From Abditibacteriaceae bacterium (GTDB lineage: Bacteria; Armatimonadota; Abditibacteriia; Abditibacteriales; Abditibacteriaceae): 64,000 nt of DNA. Below, one piece after another: positions 11,321-23,700 of the stretch (positions within the stretch are counted from its first letter, which is position 1; the number at the start of each line of letters is the position of its first letter). Position numbers and translations under genes: made by a program. The stretch lies in assembly GCA_965277285.1 (NCBI GenBank), contig OZ255721.1:3360001-3424000 (forward strand), given 5' to 3'. The notes beneath the pieces are model-generated. The model saw only the letters and a program-made list of their open reading frames with translations. It searched no databases and was not told where the DNA came from.

Positions 11321-11619
11321 TGCAGCCAACAATTGCTTTAACCAAAGTTCCGTGTTCCGAATGTGGCGGCGAAGTGAAGCCGCAACTTATCTCGCAAGAG
11401 TTTGAGCGCGAAGGTTTGCGTGTCGAAGTGTCAGGAGTTCGCGCGATGACTTGTTCGCAGTGCGGCGAAATCTATTTTGAGCCGGGCGGCGCGCAGGCTT
11501 TAACAGAATCGGTGAACAGTTTGTTTTCGCTGGCGCGGCGTAATCGTCAGCATAAAGGAACAATTCACGCCAAAGCCGAAACGAAGCGCCGTGCTACAAA
11601 ACCGAAAGTTGCCGCTTAA
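11317..11619 (+). CDS. YgiT/MqsA-type zinc-finger putative antitoxin
   Basis: CSECGG ... V.GV.A..CSQCGEIYF; coupled to DUF4258 gene by ATGA overlap. Confidence 0.85.
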   Translation: MMQPTIALTKVPCSECGGEVKPQLISQEFEREGLRVEVSGVRAMTCSQCGEIYFEPGGAQALTESVNSLFSLARRNRQHKGTIHAKAETKRRATKPKVAA

Positions 11620-11653
11620 TTCGAGTACTCGATAACTGAAGTTCAGGAGAAAT

Positions 11654-14269
<2,616 letters not shown>

Positions 14270-14290
14270 CGAATCGAGTACTCGAGGGTG

Positions 14291-14321
14291 AAAAGGGCGA
14301 GCTTTACGGCTCGTCCTTTTT
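14291..14321 (+). terminator. Intrinsic terminator after gyrA
   Basis: AAAAGGGCGAGC-TTTACG-GCTCGTCCTTTTT. Confidence 0.75.
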
Positions 14322-14350
14322 CGTTTGCCAATGGTGCAGATATGAAGTTC

Positions 14351-14443
14351 AACAACGAACCCTGAGCGTAAGCGACGGGTGAAAAGTAGTCATTTGATGT
14401 ATTTATTATTTTCACCCGTCGCTTACGCTTAGGGTTCGTTGTT
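14351..14443. repeat. REPIN-like hairpin, family A (CGAACCCGAAGCGTVAGCGASGG)
   Basis: AACAACGAACCCTGAGCGTAAGCGACGGGTGAAAA ... TTTTCACCCGTCGCTTACGCTTAGGGTTCGTTGTT. Confidence 0.85.
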
Positions 14444-14508
14444 CGCCGGTTTGATGCTTAGGTCAAAATCGTGCCATGATAAGAACGATAGAAAAATGGA
14501 GAGCGAAA

Positions 14509-15333
14509 ATGAAAACCAAGGCTACTGCCGCAGTCACCTTGAGCACGTTGTGTTTAGCTGCCAAGTCGCAATCGGCACAAGCGATTATTCACAGGAAACA
14601 TCGCGCGAAAACTTCGACGACAGCCGCATCGAAAAACAAAGTCGCGGCGAAAACGCTGGTGAAAGCGAAAACGCTGGTGAAAGCGACAACGATGAAAGCG
14701 GCAACGGCGAGAGCGGCAGCAAATGGGCCGCGATTTGTCGATGGCGTGGCGATTTTAAATTATGACAGCGGCGGCACGATTCCTCTTAGCAGCGGTGCGA
14801 CGCATGTGCAAACCTTGAATAAAGGAACGACGCGCGGCACGGCGACTGTGGCGCAACAGGAAACGACGAGTTCGAGTACTCGAAGTGTGAGCGGAACGGC
14901 GCGCAGTGTTCCCCGGCGTCCCGTGCCGCCACAGTTTGTGTCCGATGATATGGACGGGCGCAGCATTTCGCTGAGCCAATATCATGGGCACGTTGTTCTA
15001 CTCGATTTCTGGGCGACGTGGTGTCCGCCGTGCCGCGAGGAAGCGCCGCAAATTGTGCAGATATACCGCAAATATCACAGCCAGGGTTTGGAAATTATCG
15101 GCGCCTCGCTCGATCATGATGCCGATGAAGTTTCCAATTTCACGCACGCCAACGGCATGACGTGGCGCCAGATCTTCGGCGGCAAAGATTGGGATAGCGC
15201 TCTGGCGCAAACCTATGGCGTTCAGTCGATTCCCAACAATGTCTTAATCGGGCGCGACGGAACCGCTCTTGGTGTCAACTTGCACGGCAGCGCTTTGCAG
15301 GCGGCCATCGAATATGCGCTCGCCGAACGTTAA
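14509..15333 (+). CDS. TlpA/ResA-family thiol-disulfide oxidoreductase with Lys/Ala-rich N-terminus
   Basis: LLDFWATWCPPCREE, YGVQSIP..VLIGRDG; signal-like N-terminus. Confidence 0.9.
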   Translation: MKTKATAAVTLSTLCLAAKSQSAQAIIHRKHRAKTSTTAASKNKVAAKTLVKAKTLVKATTMKAATARAAANGPRFVDGVAILNYDSGGTIPLSSGATHVQTLNKGTTRGTATVAQQETTSSSTRSVSGTARSVPRRPVPPQFVSDDMDGRSISLSQYHGHVVLLDFWATWCPPCREEAPQIVQIYRKYHSQGLEIIGASLDHDADEVSNFTHANGMTWRQIFGGKDWDSALAQTYGVQSIPNNVLIGRDGTALGVNLHGSALQAAIEYALAER

Positions 15334-15368
15334 ACTTCGATTGACTTTGCCAGTGAAGGAGTTTTGCA

Positions 15369-16619
15369 ATGACCATTTTGAAACGTTGTCATCGTATTTT
15401 GCCGCTGCTGGGCGCGGCCTTGTGGATATTTGTCGGCGCCAACGAGTACTCGATTCGCGCGCAATACGAAAGTTCGGATCCGGCGCCAGCACAAATCGCG
15501 CCCGCTGCACAAGCTGCTCTCGATAAAATGACGGCGGCGTATAAAGGCGCGACGTTTTATTCGAGCGGCGTCAAGATTTACAGCAGCGGCCTGGACGATT
15601 CGCCACCTGCTGGTCAAGCCTTGGTAAGCGCGACTATCGCGTGGGCCAAGCCGAACAAAATCAACATCAGCGGCACGGGCGAGGACGGCGCGACGACGCT
15701 GATTTCCAACGGCGCGACGTTCTGGGAAACCACTTCATTGGTTCCCGGCGCCTATCTGCAACACAAGGCCGCCGCAACCAAGCAGATTTTTATGGGTGCG
15801 ATGAAAGAAATGGGCGCGGACGATTCAATGCTGGCGCGCTTGATGGCCGGGCAAGATCCGCTGCGGCGTTTCGGCAGCAGTTTGCAAAAAGTCGAGTTGA
15901 AGAAGATCAGCGCGCCTGATGCGAGCGGAAAAATGCAAATCGCAACAGATCGCGTGGCTGTCGTGGCGACTTTCGCGCGCCGCAAAGATAGTGGCACTGG
16001 AACGTTTGTCATTGGTAACGATGGCTTGTTGCGCAGCTTTCGCATCGAGCAAACCAAAGACGGACAACCGGCTTCCCTCAAGGAAATTTACGACAACGCG
16101 AGCGTGACGCCGGACAACACCAGTTTCGAGTACTCGCCGCCGCCAGGCACGCAAATGGTCACCGCGTTTCCGTCTGTGCAATATGATCCGCGCCTGGTGG
16201 TTGGCGCCGATCCTTTGCCGATTCGCGCCCGCGATTTGGACGGAAAAATCGTCAACCTGGACGATTACAAAGGTCAGGTCGTGTTGCTCGATTTTTGGGC
16301 GACGTGGTGCCCGCCATGCCGCGAGGAACTGCCGAATGTGCTGGCAACTTATCAACGGCACAAAGACAAGGGCTTCAACATCGTTGGTATTTCGCTGGAC
16401 GACGATAAAGCCGCTATGCTGAATTTTACGGCCACCAATAATATGACGTGGCGCCAGATTTTCGACGGCGGCGCCTGGAAAAGTGCGGTACCCGTGCGCT
16501 ACAAAGTCAACTCGATCCCGTTCACGGTGCTGATTGGACGCGACGGCAAAATCGCCGCGATTGGCGCGCGCGGCCCTTATCTTGAAAGCGTCGTGGCCGA
16601 TGCACTGGCGAAGAAGTAG
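15369..16619 (+). CDS. Secreted LolA-like (DUF2092-like) domain fused to TlpA thioredoxin domain
   Basis: Signal peptide; A..ALDKM.AAY, W.KPNK, SNG..FW, F..SPPPG; C-terminal DFWATWCPPC. Confidence 0.85.
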   Translation: MTILKRCHRILPLLGAALWIFVGANEYSIRAQYESSDPAPAQIAPAAQAALDKMTAAYKGATFYSSGVKIYSSGLDDSPPAGQALVSATIAWAKPNKINISGTGEDGATTLISNGATFWETTSLVPGAYLQHKAAATKQIFMGAMKEMGADDSMLARLMAGQDPLRRFGSSLQKVELKKISAPDASGKMQIATDRVAVVATFARRKDSGTGTFVIGNDGLLRSFRIEQTKDGQPASLKEIYDNASVTPDNTSFEYSPPPGTQMVTAFPSVQYDPRLVVGADPLPIRARDLDGKIVNLDDYKGQVVLLDFWATWCPPCREELPNVLATYQRHKDKGFNIVGISLDDDKAAMLNFTATNNMTWRQIFDGGAWKSAVPVRYKVNSIPFTVLIGRDGKIAAIGARGPYLESVVADALAKK

Positions 16620-16633
16620 CACGCCGCGCAACC

Positions 16634-16938
16634 AACGAACCCGGGTGCCCTCTGGGCGGACGTCAGCGACGGGTGGAAAGTTATAGTTTGATGGACTTAA
16701 CCCAAGTTGCTGCCATGCCCTGCGAGTGAACTCGCGGCTTAACCGCCTGCGGCGGCAGCGTCGGCCTGCGCCGACGCCAGAGGTAGAGTCCTTTCAATGT
16801 TGCGTCTGCGCAGGCCGATCCGCCCAAAGGGCACCGGAGTCGCGTGTTCACTCGCAGGCACTGATTAGGTAGCAACTTGAGTTACTTATTACTTTCCACC
16901 CGTCGCTGACGTCCGCCCAGAGGGCACCCGGGTTCGTT
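16634..16938. repeat. 305-bp nested palindromic element (family-A-like 48-bp arms enclosing a family-B element)
   Basis: Perfect 48-bp IR 16634-16681 / 16891-16938; inner arms GCGAGTGAACTCGCGGCT / AGTCGCGTGTTCACTCGC and GCGTCGGCCTGCGCCGACGC. Confidence 0.9.
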
Positions 16939-17018
16939 ATCTTTGCTTTTACGGTCGCACTTTGCGCCAGGCGTTGGTTCGCCTAAACTGCGTCACACAT
17001 TCGCACCAAAGGAAATTC

Positions 17019-18284
17019 ATGTCTTCGTCTTTTCGTCGCAACGTCGCTGCTGTGGGCGTTTGCACTTTTCTCGTCAGCGGCGCCTTGAGCCGTCCTATCG
17101 AGTACTCGTTACGCGCGCAACCGTCCACCACACCGTCTACGTCGCCGTCCGCGTCGTCAACCGCTACGCCGAACTCTTCGCCTGCAACGTCGGCGACCAT
17201 TGACCCCAAAGCGCAACAAGCCTTGACGCAGATGCGCGCGGCTTACGCCAATTTGAAATCGTTTTCGGCCGATATAAAGTTAAGCGGTTCGGCAGGCGTG
17301 CCTCAATTGAGTAGCTCGATTCAATGGCAGAAGCCGAATCGTTTTTCAGTTTCAATAATTAAGGGGATTGCGACGTTGCACACTGTTTCCGATGGCAAGA
17401 CCTTATTTCGCGCTCTGTCAACGCAGCCGAAGCAATATCAGAAAGTGGCGCTGCCTACAGGCGTGAACACGCTGCCGCAAGCTTTGGAAATTTCCGGCGC
17501 GCCGGAATTGATGCTGAGCAGCCTGAACTCTTTGGTATCCTCGTTGCAAGCGCCTACGCTGAAGTCGCTGACGCTGGACAACGCGGCTTCCACGACGCAG
17601 ACTGTCACTGCGTTGATGAAGGACAACCGTGCATCGGGACAATTCGCTTTGACCATCGCCAACAGCGATCATTTGCTGCGTCAGATCAACATTCATTTCG
17701 GGCAAGTTGGAGCGACCGGACAACAAACTGACGGCACCGAAACTTACTCCAACGTCCAGGTCAATCCGGTTTTGCCCGCGTCAACGTTCGCTTTTGTGCC
17801 ACCTGCGGGCGCGAAATTGTTTGTCCCGCCGTCCGCTGATGTGACTTATGACCCGCGATTGGAGCCGGGCGCCGCGCCTTTTGCGTTCAGCGCAACGGCG
17901 ACCAATGGGCAGAAGGTTTCGCCCGCGAAATACAAAGGTCGCGTCGTGCTGCTCGACTTCTGGGCGACGTGGTGCGGCCCGTGCGTCGGCGAATTTCCCA
18001 ATGTCAAAGCGACTTACCAGAAATATCACGCGCAGGGCTTCGACATCGTGGGCATTTCGCTGGACGAAGATCGCAGTGCTCTCAGCGCCTTCATCAAGGA
18101 TCGCGGCGTTTTGTGGCCGCAGGTTTTCGATGGCAAAGGCTGGCATAGCGCGATTCCCAATTTGTACGGCGTGCAAGCGATTCCCTTCACGGTTTTAATT
18201 GGGCGCGACGGTAAAATCGCCGCTGTCGATGTGCGCGGCGAAACCCTTGAACCCGCCGTGCGCGCAGCTCTGGCCAAGAAATAA
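17019..18284 (+). CDS. Secreted LolA-like domain fused to TlpA thioredoxin domain (paralog)
   Basis: IDPKAQQALTQMRAAY, WQKPNRF, VSDGKT, ETYSNVQVNP.LP...FAFVPPAGA; DFWATWCGPC. Confidence 0.85.
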   Translation: MSSSFRRNVAAVGVCTFLVSGALSRPIEYSLRAQPSTTPSTSPSASSTATPNSSPATSATIDPKAQQALTQMRAAYANLKSFSADIKLSGSAGVPQLSSSIQWQKPNRFSVSIIKGIATLHTVSDGKTLFRALSTQPKQYQKVALPTGVNTLPQALEISGAPELMLSSLNSLVSSLQAPTLKSLTLDNAASTTQTVTALMKDNRASGQFALTIANSDHLLRQINIHFGQVGATGQQTDGTETYSNVQVNPVLPASTFAFVPPAGAKLFVPPSADVTYDPRLEPGAAPFAFSATATNGQKVSPAKYKGRVVLLDFWATWCGPCVGEFPNVKATYQKYHAQGFDIVGISLDEDRSALSAFIKDRGVLWPQVFDGKGWHSAIPNLYGVQAIPFTVLIGRDGKIAAVDVRGETLEPAVRAALAKK

Positions 18285-18327
18285 TCGGTTAAACTTGCGT
18301 TCAATCTACCCAAAACAAAAGGACAAA

Positions 18328-19164
18328 ATGAGTACTCGAATCCGTAGCGCGCGTTGTCTCTTTGTCGCTTTAACTTTGCTCGGGTTGGCAAATGGAAGTC
18401 AGGTCGAAGCCGTAACTCTTCCCGCTACGCAGAAGAAGCCAAAAGTCATCATTGATCCGAAAGCGCGCGCTGTTTTTGAAGCACTCGGCAAAGTCTACAG
18501 CGCGCTGAAAACGTATTCTTGTGTTTGTTACAGCCAGAGCGTTTCAACAGGCCGAAACAGTTCGACGCGCCAGGCGGTTTCGCAGATTCAATGGAAGCCG
18601 GGCGCAATCGCCGTTTTGCGGCGTTCGCATACAACAGCATTCTGGAAATGGGAACGTTCGCAAACTGTGTGCAAAGCGGGCGTTTATTACAATTGGACAT
18701 CGTTGTTTCCCAAGCAGTACACGAAGCAATCGTTCAAGAGCAACGAGAAAGGCATTGAGGCGGCTTTGCAAGAAGGCGATGTGAGTGGCCTGACGTTGTT
18801 AGGAGACCCGAGCGGCGAACCGGCTTACGATGATCCGTCACTGCGCGAAATCTGGCTTTTATCGCCGGGAAAGGTGGCTGGTGTGCCGGTACAGCGCGTT
18901 CGCGTTCTTCTTTCGGACGAGGAAGGCAACAGCATTCTCACTATAGCGATAGACACGCAGACTCATGTTTTGCGTCAAAAGAAGCTCTTGTACTTCTATC
19001 AAAGTGGCGCTTCCGTCGAGGAAACCGAAACTTACACGAACATCGCGCTCAACCCCGCGCTGCATGACAATGTGTTCAGTTTTGCGCCACCGCCGGGCGC
19101 CACATTCGATCAGAAAACCTCCGATATGCTAAATAAATTACCCCCGGACTATGATATAAACTGA
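18328..19164 (+). CDS. Secreted LolA-like (DUF2092-like) protein without thioredoxin domain
   Basis: IDPKARAVF..L..VY, ETYTNIALNP.L....FSFAPPPGA; AAAGGA RBS, ATG 18328. Confidence 0.7.
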   Translation: MSTRIRSARCLFVALTLLGLANGSQVEAVTLPATQKKPKVIIDPKARAVFEALGKVYSALKTYSCVCYSQSVSTGRNSSTRQAVSQIQWKPGAIAVLRRSHTTAFWKWERSQTVCKAGVYYNWTSLFPKQYTKQSFKSNEKGIEAALQEGDVSGLTLLGDPSGEPAYDDPSLREIWLLSPGKVAGVPVQRVRVLLSDEEGNSILTIAIDTQTHVLRQKKLLYFYQSGASVEETETYTNIALNPALHDNVFSFAPPPGATFDQKTSDMLNKLPPDYDIN

Positions 19165-19192
19165 GGAGAAATCCCAGTTACCAAAGGACAAA

Positions 19193-19954
19193 ATGAGTAT
19201 TCGACCAGTTATCGGTTTGCAGTTGTACACGGTGCGCGACGCGGTGAAAGAAAGCATGACGAACACGTTGCGCGCCGTCGCTGCCGTGGGCTACGAAGGC
19301 GTCGAAGTCGGCGGCAGTTTCGGCGAACTCGATGCCGGAAGCATGAAGCGCTTGTGCGATGAACTCCATTTGAAAGTTATCGCCATGCACGCCAGCATCG
19401 CCGAACTGCAGAACAGCTTTGAGCAAGTCGCAGAAAACGCGCTGCTGCTCGACACCAAATACGTCATCATCGCGTGGAGCGGCGAAGAATATCGCAGCCG
19501 CGAAGGCATTTTGAAATTGGCGAAGATTTTGAACGAAGCCGGCGCCAAACTCAACAGTTCGGGCTTGCAGCTTTGCTATCACAACCACGATTTCGAGTTC
19601 GCAAAATACGACGGCGAAACCATGTTCGACATTCTGCTATCCAACACGGACGCGACGCTGGTCAAAGCCGAAGTCGATTCGTTCTGGGTGCAAAAAGGCG
19701 GCGGCGATCCCGCGGCTTTCATTCGCCAGCACAAAGGCCGCGTGCCCTTGGTTCACATCAAGGACATGACCAACGACGAGCGCGAAACCTTCGCCGAAAT
19801 CGGAACCGGCAAGCTCGATTGGCCCGAAGTTTTCGCGGCCTCGGAAGAAGGCGACGTTGTCGCGTATGTCGTCGAACAAGACCAATGCGATGGCGACCCA
19901 ATGCAAAGCATCAAAATCAGCCTGGACAACTTGAAGCAAATGGGCAAACTGTAA
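19193..19954 (+). CDS. Sugar phosphate isomerase/epimerase (xylose-isomerase-like TIM barrel)
   Basis: GLQLYTVRD, YHNHDFEF, EVDSFW, VHIKD, VVEQD. Confidence 0.92.
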   Translation: MSIRPVIGLQLYTVRDAVKESMTNTLRAVAAVGYEGVEVGGSFGELDAGSMKRLCDELHLKVIAMHASIAELQNSFEQVAENALLLDTKYVIIAWSGEEYRSREGILKLAKILNEAGAKLNSSGLQLCYHNHDFEFAKYDGETMFDILLSNTDATLVKAEVDSFWVQKGGGDPAAFIRQHKGRVPLVHIKDMTNDERETFAEIGTGKLDWPEVFAASEEGDVVAYVVEQDQCDGDPMQSIKISLDNLKQMGKL

Positions 19955-20024
19955 ATCGAGTACTCGATTCGCTTCCAAACCGGCGCAGCCTTCAATCTAT
20001 GACGGGCTGCGTCGGTTCTTTTTT

Positions 20025-20447
20025 ATGAAAATCTCAATTAAAACGCTTATCGCTGGTGCTGTGATATGCGGCGTCGGGGGACAACTCGCCGTTCAAGCCG
20101 CGATTCCGCCTTTGCAACCCGCTCAACGCGTTGCGCAAAGCGACGTTGTCGTGCAGGCGAAAATCATCGCCCTTATCTCCAAAGTCGTGGCGAACAATCC
20201 TGGCCACAACGACGATTACCTGGCGAAAGTCGTGGTCGAAAAATCAGTCAAAGGTCGCGCTCGTCGCGGTCAAACCCTGACGGTGCATTACTGGCGTTTG
20301 CGTGATCGTCCCTACGGATGGGCTGGCCCAGTCGGGCAAAACGTCCTGCCACAAGCCGGACAACAAGGAACGCTGTTCTTGAAACGCGGCGCTTCAACTC
20401 GCGCGCCTTTTGAGTTGCTGCAACCCAATGGCTGGAAGTTAAAGTAG
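20025..20447 (+). CDS. Hypothetical secreted protein
   Basis: Signal peptide ending AVQA; 140 aa. Confidence 0.65.
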   Translation: MKISIKTLIAGAVICGVGGQLAVQAAIPPLQPAQRVAQSDVVVQAKIIALISKVVANNPGHNDDYLAKVVVEKSVKGRARRGQTLTVHYWRLRDRPYGWAGPVGQNVLPQAGQQGTLFLKRGASTRAPFELLQPNGWKLK

Positions 20448-20450
20448 TAC

Positions 20451-20515
20451 AACGAACCCGAAGCGTCAGCGAGGGAGGTATTTTTCCAATCTCCCTTGAC
20501 TACGCTTCGGGTTCG
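20451..20515. repeat. REPIN-like hairpin, family A
   Basis: AACGAACCCGAAGCGTCAGCGAGGGAG ... CTCCCTTGACTACGCTTCGGGTTCG. Confidence 0.85.
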
Positions 20516-20538
20516 CTGCGCAAACTCTAATGACCAAC

Positions 20539-20576
20539 AAAAAGCGCCGCTGCAGAAGTTTGCAGCGGCGCTTTTT
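20539..20576 (+). terminator. Intrinsic terminator
   Basis: AAAAAGCGCCGCTGCA-GAAGTT-TGCAGCGGCGCTTTTT. Confidence 0.8.
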
Positions 20577-20736
20577 CGTCAATCGAGTACTCGATGGCGC
20601 CCGATAATCCCAAGAACTCGTTTTGCTGAATCGTTCTCGAAATGATAATATCATTCCTGGTTTGATTTCTTTCAGGGATGTTATGAGCATTGGGCGAGAT
20701 ATTTTGCAATTGACAGGCTCCAAACTTTCCTGTCAG

Positions 20737-23700
20737 ATGAAGCATCGCTTCGGTTTCGCCTGGTTATTGGTCGTTATTGGCGTGTTCAATGCCAGTGTTT
20801 GGGCGACTTTGCGCTGGTCGTATGAAAGCTCGATGCGCAGCGTTCAACTCACGGTGGCGTTGGATGAAGTGCGTCGTCTGGCCGATTCAAGTCAGGTGGC
20901 GCCTTTGGAAGTATTGAGTGAAATGAAGGCGCGCGGCGTTTCAAGCGTTGTGTTGGCTTTGCAAAACCTGGATACGTGGCACGAGGTCGGGCGAGTCGAT
21001 ATTGTGTCGGCCAGCAAAGCGCGGCAGCTTTTTGGCTTTCGTCGCTTCCTTCCAAATTATTCGTATGTGCTTCGTGTCACACGTGAAAATCGCGCGGTGT
21101 TGAAGCAAATTGCCACACATCTTGCGGCGCAGTCGGGGCGAAATCAGCAACCTGTGTGGCTGGATGCGCAAACTCTGGCGATTGCGCAAGCGCATGATTC
21201 TTGGAATCAGATGCCGCTGGGCTTTGATCCCGATCAGGTCGCTCTCGTGCGCGCCGCCGGTTTGCGCGTGACGGCTCGCGTCTTCAATCCGCTGGGCTTA
21301 ACGCCTCAAGTTTTGCGCACCATGCTGGACGATGCCAAAGCGACCGGCGCGCGTGTTGTGATTGTCGGCGACGATGAAACGTTGGGATATTCGACGCTGA
21401 TCGAGCCAACCGCGCGCGAATTGCAAAAGCGCCACTTGCTTTTCGGCGCTTCGGAGTTTTCGCAGCAAGCGGGCGAGCAAGACCTGACTGCTTTGTCCAA
21501 CGGTTCCTTGGTGCGCATTCACAACCTTAGTGAAGCGGAAGCATCGCACATTACGCCGCGCAAATTGATTGATCGCTATGTGCGTGCGGTGCGCGAACGT
21601 GGCGTTCGACTTGTGCTGTTTCGAGTACTCGAATCGGCCAAGGGCGAAGCGTTTTCCTCGCGCAACTCGGCGGGAACGTTGTCAAACGCCAGTTCGCGCA
21701 ATATCTTGCAGCACAATTTGCAAATCATTTCTTCAATAAGCCAAACATTGAAGCACGGCGGATTGCAACCTTCGTTCGCTTTGCGCGACGCTTCGGCTTT
21801 TGGCAATTATCCGGCGCAAAATCTGGAAAGCCATCTAAGAAGTTCCGCTTTGGTGCGAAGCCTGTCGCAAGCGGCGCTTTTCCTATCGGGCTTGGGCGTG
21901 TTGGGCGGCGTCTTGCTGCTGCTCGAATTGTGTTGCGATTGGAGCCGCAAAGCGCGAATGCGGGCAGCGATGTTTGGAATGATCGTTGTCGCCGCGCTTT
22001 CCTTTTCGGCTTTGCGAGGCGCGCAAGTTCTGGCGGCTGTCGCAGCGTGCGTTTTCCCCATCGTCGGCATTTTGTGGGGCGGCTTGCCACAAACCCTGAC
22101 GCGCGACGCGTCATGTCCCGTTCGATTTTTAACAGCTTGCGGCGTGTTGCTGCGCACGACAGCGATCACCTTATGTGGCGCCCTTCTCGTTGTCGCCTTG
22201 CTGGGAAGATGGCAATTTCTCAGCAAAACCGACGATTTTCTGGGAACGAAAATCGTGCAGATCGTGCCGCTGGTTTTGCTGGCTTACGCTTTGTCGGGTC
22301 AGTTCTTTCCACATCGCGTTCGCGTTGAAGGCGCGAGCATCGCTCATCGGCGCGCCTGGCAGCAATGGCGATTGTGGTTGCAGCAGCCTTATACGATTCG
22401 TGTCGCGTTGTGGAGCGCGCTGGGCGCCGTTGGCTTGTTCTTGTGGATGACGCGCAGTGGCAACGACAGCGGTTTGGACGTGCCCGAATGGGAATGGCGA
22501 ATGCGCTCTGTCCTGGAACATTTGCTGCTCGCGCGTCCTCGTACCAAAGAGATTTTGGTCGGACATCCCGCGTTGATATTGGCCGTCTGGCTCGCGCCGA
22601 AACGCAAGGTGAACGCGCTTTTCTTCGCCATTTTGTTGGCTGTAGTCGGTCAGGCCGACGTGATGAACACGTTTTGCCAGGTCAATAACCCGCTCTGGTT
22701 TTGTGTTCTGCGAACAATCATCGCATTATGTCTGGGAATGGCGGTCGGCTTCATCGCGTGGTGCGCCCTGCGCGTTCTCGCTCCTTCGAGTACTCGAAAC
22801 GCATTCGAGCAACGGACACCGAACGCTCTTCAAAATAAACTCGTGCGACAATGGCTTCTTTCCGTATGGCTTCTTCCTGCGTTCGTGGCGGTGATAATCC
22901 TTGTCGTGTGCCTAACGAAAAAGCGCACGACAACGGAATTGGTGCCCGTGTCGTTGCGCGATGTCGCGGCGCCCGAAGCGACTTGGCCGTGGCCTGGCGC
23001 TCATCAAAGAACGCTTCATCGGGGCATAACGCAATGGACGGCGCGCGCCGCCGATGGCACCAGCCTCGATTTAATCGAGTTCGACTTTGCGCGCAATCCT
23101 CAACTGCGCTTTGAGATTTATGATCAGGACGAAGACGACGACGTGCCTTTCGACAATCGCGTTGCTTACTGGAACCGAGGCGTTGGCGTTGTCACGCGTG
23201 ACCTGAATCAACGCTTTGCGCGACAGGGAAATGGCCGCGTCGTCGTCGCATGGAATGGCTTGTTCTTCGGCTTGAAAAACTGGAAGCCGCGCCAGGCCGA
23301 CCGCGCCTTTCATCTGGCGCCTCTGGTTCTTCACGGTCGAATACTCGATTACGCGCCCGAACCGCGCTGGATGTTCGGCGTGCAAACCGAAAAGGGAAAG
23401 CCACAATTTCGCGTCATATTTCGTCCTACGCCCGCGCAGAAGGCGCGCTTCGATTTTGCCGCTGGCAGCGCGCAATGCCTGCTGTTAAATGGTCGCGCCC
23501 TGGCTTTGGCGCCTTACCCGACAACGCCGATTGACGAAAAACGTCTGCCCGCGACGCCACAAAACGCGGGGCATATTCCCGTTCTGGATGAGATTCGCAC
23601 ATCGCGCGTTTCGATGGCATGGACGCGGAACTCGCAACGCTTCTACCTGCTTTTTGTGAAAGAACCCGACGGCGAAAACGGTAGTCGCGCCGCCTTTGCC

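Noticed and set aside
16681..16875. 64-aa ORF inside the nested palindrome as a transposase or toxin
   Set aside because: Made entirely of repeat sequence; no RBS or recognisable motif.
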